Source: Pseudomonadota bacterium
Lineage (GTDB): Bacteria; UBA10199; 2-02-FULL-44-16; JAAZCA01
DNA length: 64,000 bases
Assembly: GCA_043798915.1 (NCBI GenBank)
Contig: JAZDOG010000101.1
Span: 21,150-85,149, forward strand
Direction: 5' to 3'
The translations under genes were made by a program, and so were the position numbers. The notes below the pieces were generated by a model. It saw nothing but the letters and a program-made list of their open reading frames with translations, had not been told where the DNA came from and searched no databases. Positions 62,192 through 64,000 of the stretch are shown here, one piece after another; positions within the stretch are counted from its first letter, which is position 1, and each line of letters starts with the position of its first letter.

Positions 62192-63811
62192 TCACTTTTT
62201 GTCGCCGGTGTCTGCCGGGACCTGAGGGGGCTTTTTTTCCTGCTGCTTCATGTATTCCATCAGCGGATGCTCCTTCAGCGTCAGCTCGGCTATGAGTTTC
62301 TTGAACTTAGGCTCATCCTTGAGATAGACGAATCCTTCGGCGGGGTCGGCGTAGACCAGCCGCCATTTCGGGTGTTCCCAGAGGTATTTGTGGAGGTAGC
62401 GCATGTTCCAGGCCGAATCGGATTTGAACAGGAGATAGTCGAAGCCCCACTGCCGGTCTAGATCCTCGAAGTTTCGCGCCAGCTGGAAGGCATCGATGAA
62501 CCTCCGGTAGAAGTCGTCGCCGTAGACCGGCGTCCTCCCGTCGATGAATACGCGCGTCTCCGGCCAGAGGCGGAATATGAGGTAGCCGCCGAGACCCATC
62601 TCGTTGAACATCCTTCCTCGAATGTCGTGTTCCTGCAGAAAATCGATCATCCCCTCCTGCGCGAAGGCTTGGGTGGTGCCGACGCCCAGCTCTCCGGTGA
62701 CCCCGCCCTTGAGCGTCGCCGGAAAGCCGTGCGAGAGCAGAAAAGCCGAGAGCCCGAAGATGGCGAAGAGGTGGCCCCACGAGCGGAGGCGCCCCTCCGA
62801 CGCCGGCAGCCTGATCTTCGCGGCTGTCCCTTTGAGGTTGAAGAATGCGATGGGGAGGTTCACGATTATGAAGTCGGCGGTGAACCGACGCCCCTTGAGG
62901 ATCATGATCGAGGTGAGGATGGTGAGCATCAGGTGGGCGAATTTTGCTCTCCGGCGGCCGACAATATAGGAGACGAGCACGAGGACGAGCACGGCGCGAA
63001 AGACTATCTGCGAGACGACGATGTCATAGCGCGGGTCGAGCACCGGGAGCCATTCCTGAGTGTAGGCGAGGATCGCGGTCATCCTGTGGAAGATGTCCAG
63101 CGGAAACAGGATCACCTCGACCCCGAAGGGATTGAGCATGCACGCGGCGACGCATGCCAAGCCGACGAGCCACAGGTGCCGGACCTTCTGCCAGCCGAGC
63201 GTCGTTCCTCCGAAGTAGAGCTGGATCGATTCGCCGAGCGCAAATGCCAGGACGAGCTGCGGCCCGAATGCCCCGCCCCCATGCAGGTTGATCCACAGGA
63301 CCTGGAGGAGCGGCAGCGCCCACAGCGCCTTCCGCTTGGCCCTGGAGAAGCGGTTGAGCTCCAGACAGAAGAGGGCGATAAACAGCGAGGTGAAGAGGTA
63401 TGGACGGTCCGAGATCCTGTCGGCGATGCCGATGAGGAGGATCATCGTTCCCCACATCGCGGCGCTCGTGGAGTCGAGAAACAGCCGCATCGTCCTGTAA
63501 AAAAAGTATACGATCCCGGCCGTCAAAAGGAATTTGAGCGCCGTGAGCGAGGCAAAGCCGGCTGTGTTGAAGATCAGCCACACGAGGACCTGGTGCAGCC
63601 ATTCGCCGTTCATCCAATAGGCGCCCGCTGCCGTGTAGGAGAAGATGTCGAAGCGGGGGATCGATTTCCACAGCCAGATGACCTCGCCGGTCTTCAAGTG
63701 CCACCAGACATCGAAGTCGATCACCTTGGTGGCGCCGGCGGCGATCACCGCACCCGCGATGGCGAGCGCCCATATGAACGGCCTCGGGCGTCTTTCGATG
63801 AAGAATCGCAT
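62192..63811 (-). CDS. Polytopic membrane protein, GT-C glycosyltransferase-like
   Basis: 'DFDVWWHLKTG', 'LWINLHGG', 'NPFG', 'GGYLI', 'FIDGR' and many TM segments. Confidence 0.7.
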   Translation of the reverse strand: MRFFIERRPRPFIWALAIAGAVIAAGATKVIDFDVWWHLKTGEVIWLWKSIPRFDIFSYTAAGAYWMNGEWLHQVLVWLIFNTAGFASLTALKFLLTAGIVYFFYRTMRLFLDSTSAAMWGTMILLIGIADRISDRPYLFTSLFIALFCLELNRFSRAKRKALWALPLLQVLWINLHGGGAFGPQLVLAFALGESIQLYFGGTTLGWQKVRHLWLVGLACVAACMLNPFGVEVILFPLDIFHRMTAILAYTQEWLPVLDPRYDIVVSQIVFRAVLVLVLVSYIVGRRRAKFAHLMLTILTSIMILKGRRFTADFIIVNLPIAFFNLKGTAAKIRLPASEGRLRSWGHLFAIFGLSAFLLSHGFPATLKGGVTGELGVGTTQAFAQEGMIDFLQEHDIRGRMFNEMGLGGYLIFRLWPETRVFIDGRTPVYGDDFYRRFIDAFQLARNFEDLDRQWGFDYLLFKSDSAWNMRYLHKYLWEHPKWRLVYADPAEGFVYLKDEPKFKKLIAELTLKEHPLMEYMKQQEKKPPQVPADTGDKK

Positions 63812-64000
63812 CGGCGGGCTATAGCACATAGCCGGCGGCATGGCAAAAGTCCTCAGGGGCCAGGGCCTCGGCAAAGTAGAGTAAGCCCCTAAGTGGTATT
63901 GGAAAAAGTTTATGCTGGCCAATTATTTTGCGATCTGCTAGGCTGTCCGCATGAATCCCCCGTTTCCTGATGGTTGTTTGGAAGGCCTGGTCGTTCGTCC

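Noticed and set aside
63951..64000. ATG-initiated frame running off the window end
   Set aside because: Only 16 codons are visible, with nothing to identify.

Overview
Bacterial chromosomal segment. It is GC-rich over most of its length and probably comes from an uncultured deltaproteobacterial-type lineage; this is inferred from gene order (TIGR03960-type radical SAM-rng-rplU-rpmA-obgE, gspC-N with a PilM-like GspL, TatD-radical SAM fusion). Bases 1-7.5 kb are an AT-rich defence island: qatA-qatB-qatC with no qatD, followed directly by a beta-class methyltransferase and a NotI-like endonuclease, then a YhcG/DUF1016 gene, a rhuM fragment and two long inverted-repeat elements. Housekeeping blocks (rng, rplU, rpmA, obgE, rsfS, comF, suhB, hup, gyrA, ndk, rpoZ, ruvCAB, yebC, pilT, tRNA-Thr, tRNA-Leu), a CDP-alcohol/NTP-transferase operon and a full type II secretion cluster are interspersed with toxin-antitoxin and Fic genes. 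The least explained signal is a set of orphan genes (15.2-16.6 kb and 25.1-29.6 kb) preceded by the same sigma-28-like promoter. One encodes a degenerate ClpB-type AAA+ domain behind a hydrophobic helix, and two share a duplicated C-terminal module of about 110 aa. Other oddities are an in-frame TAG in gspL, an internally deleted archease relic, palindromic elements inserted in frame in conserved genes, and a tRNA-Thr-derived hairpin element. All family calls come from motif recognition by eye; no searches were run.
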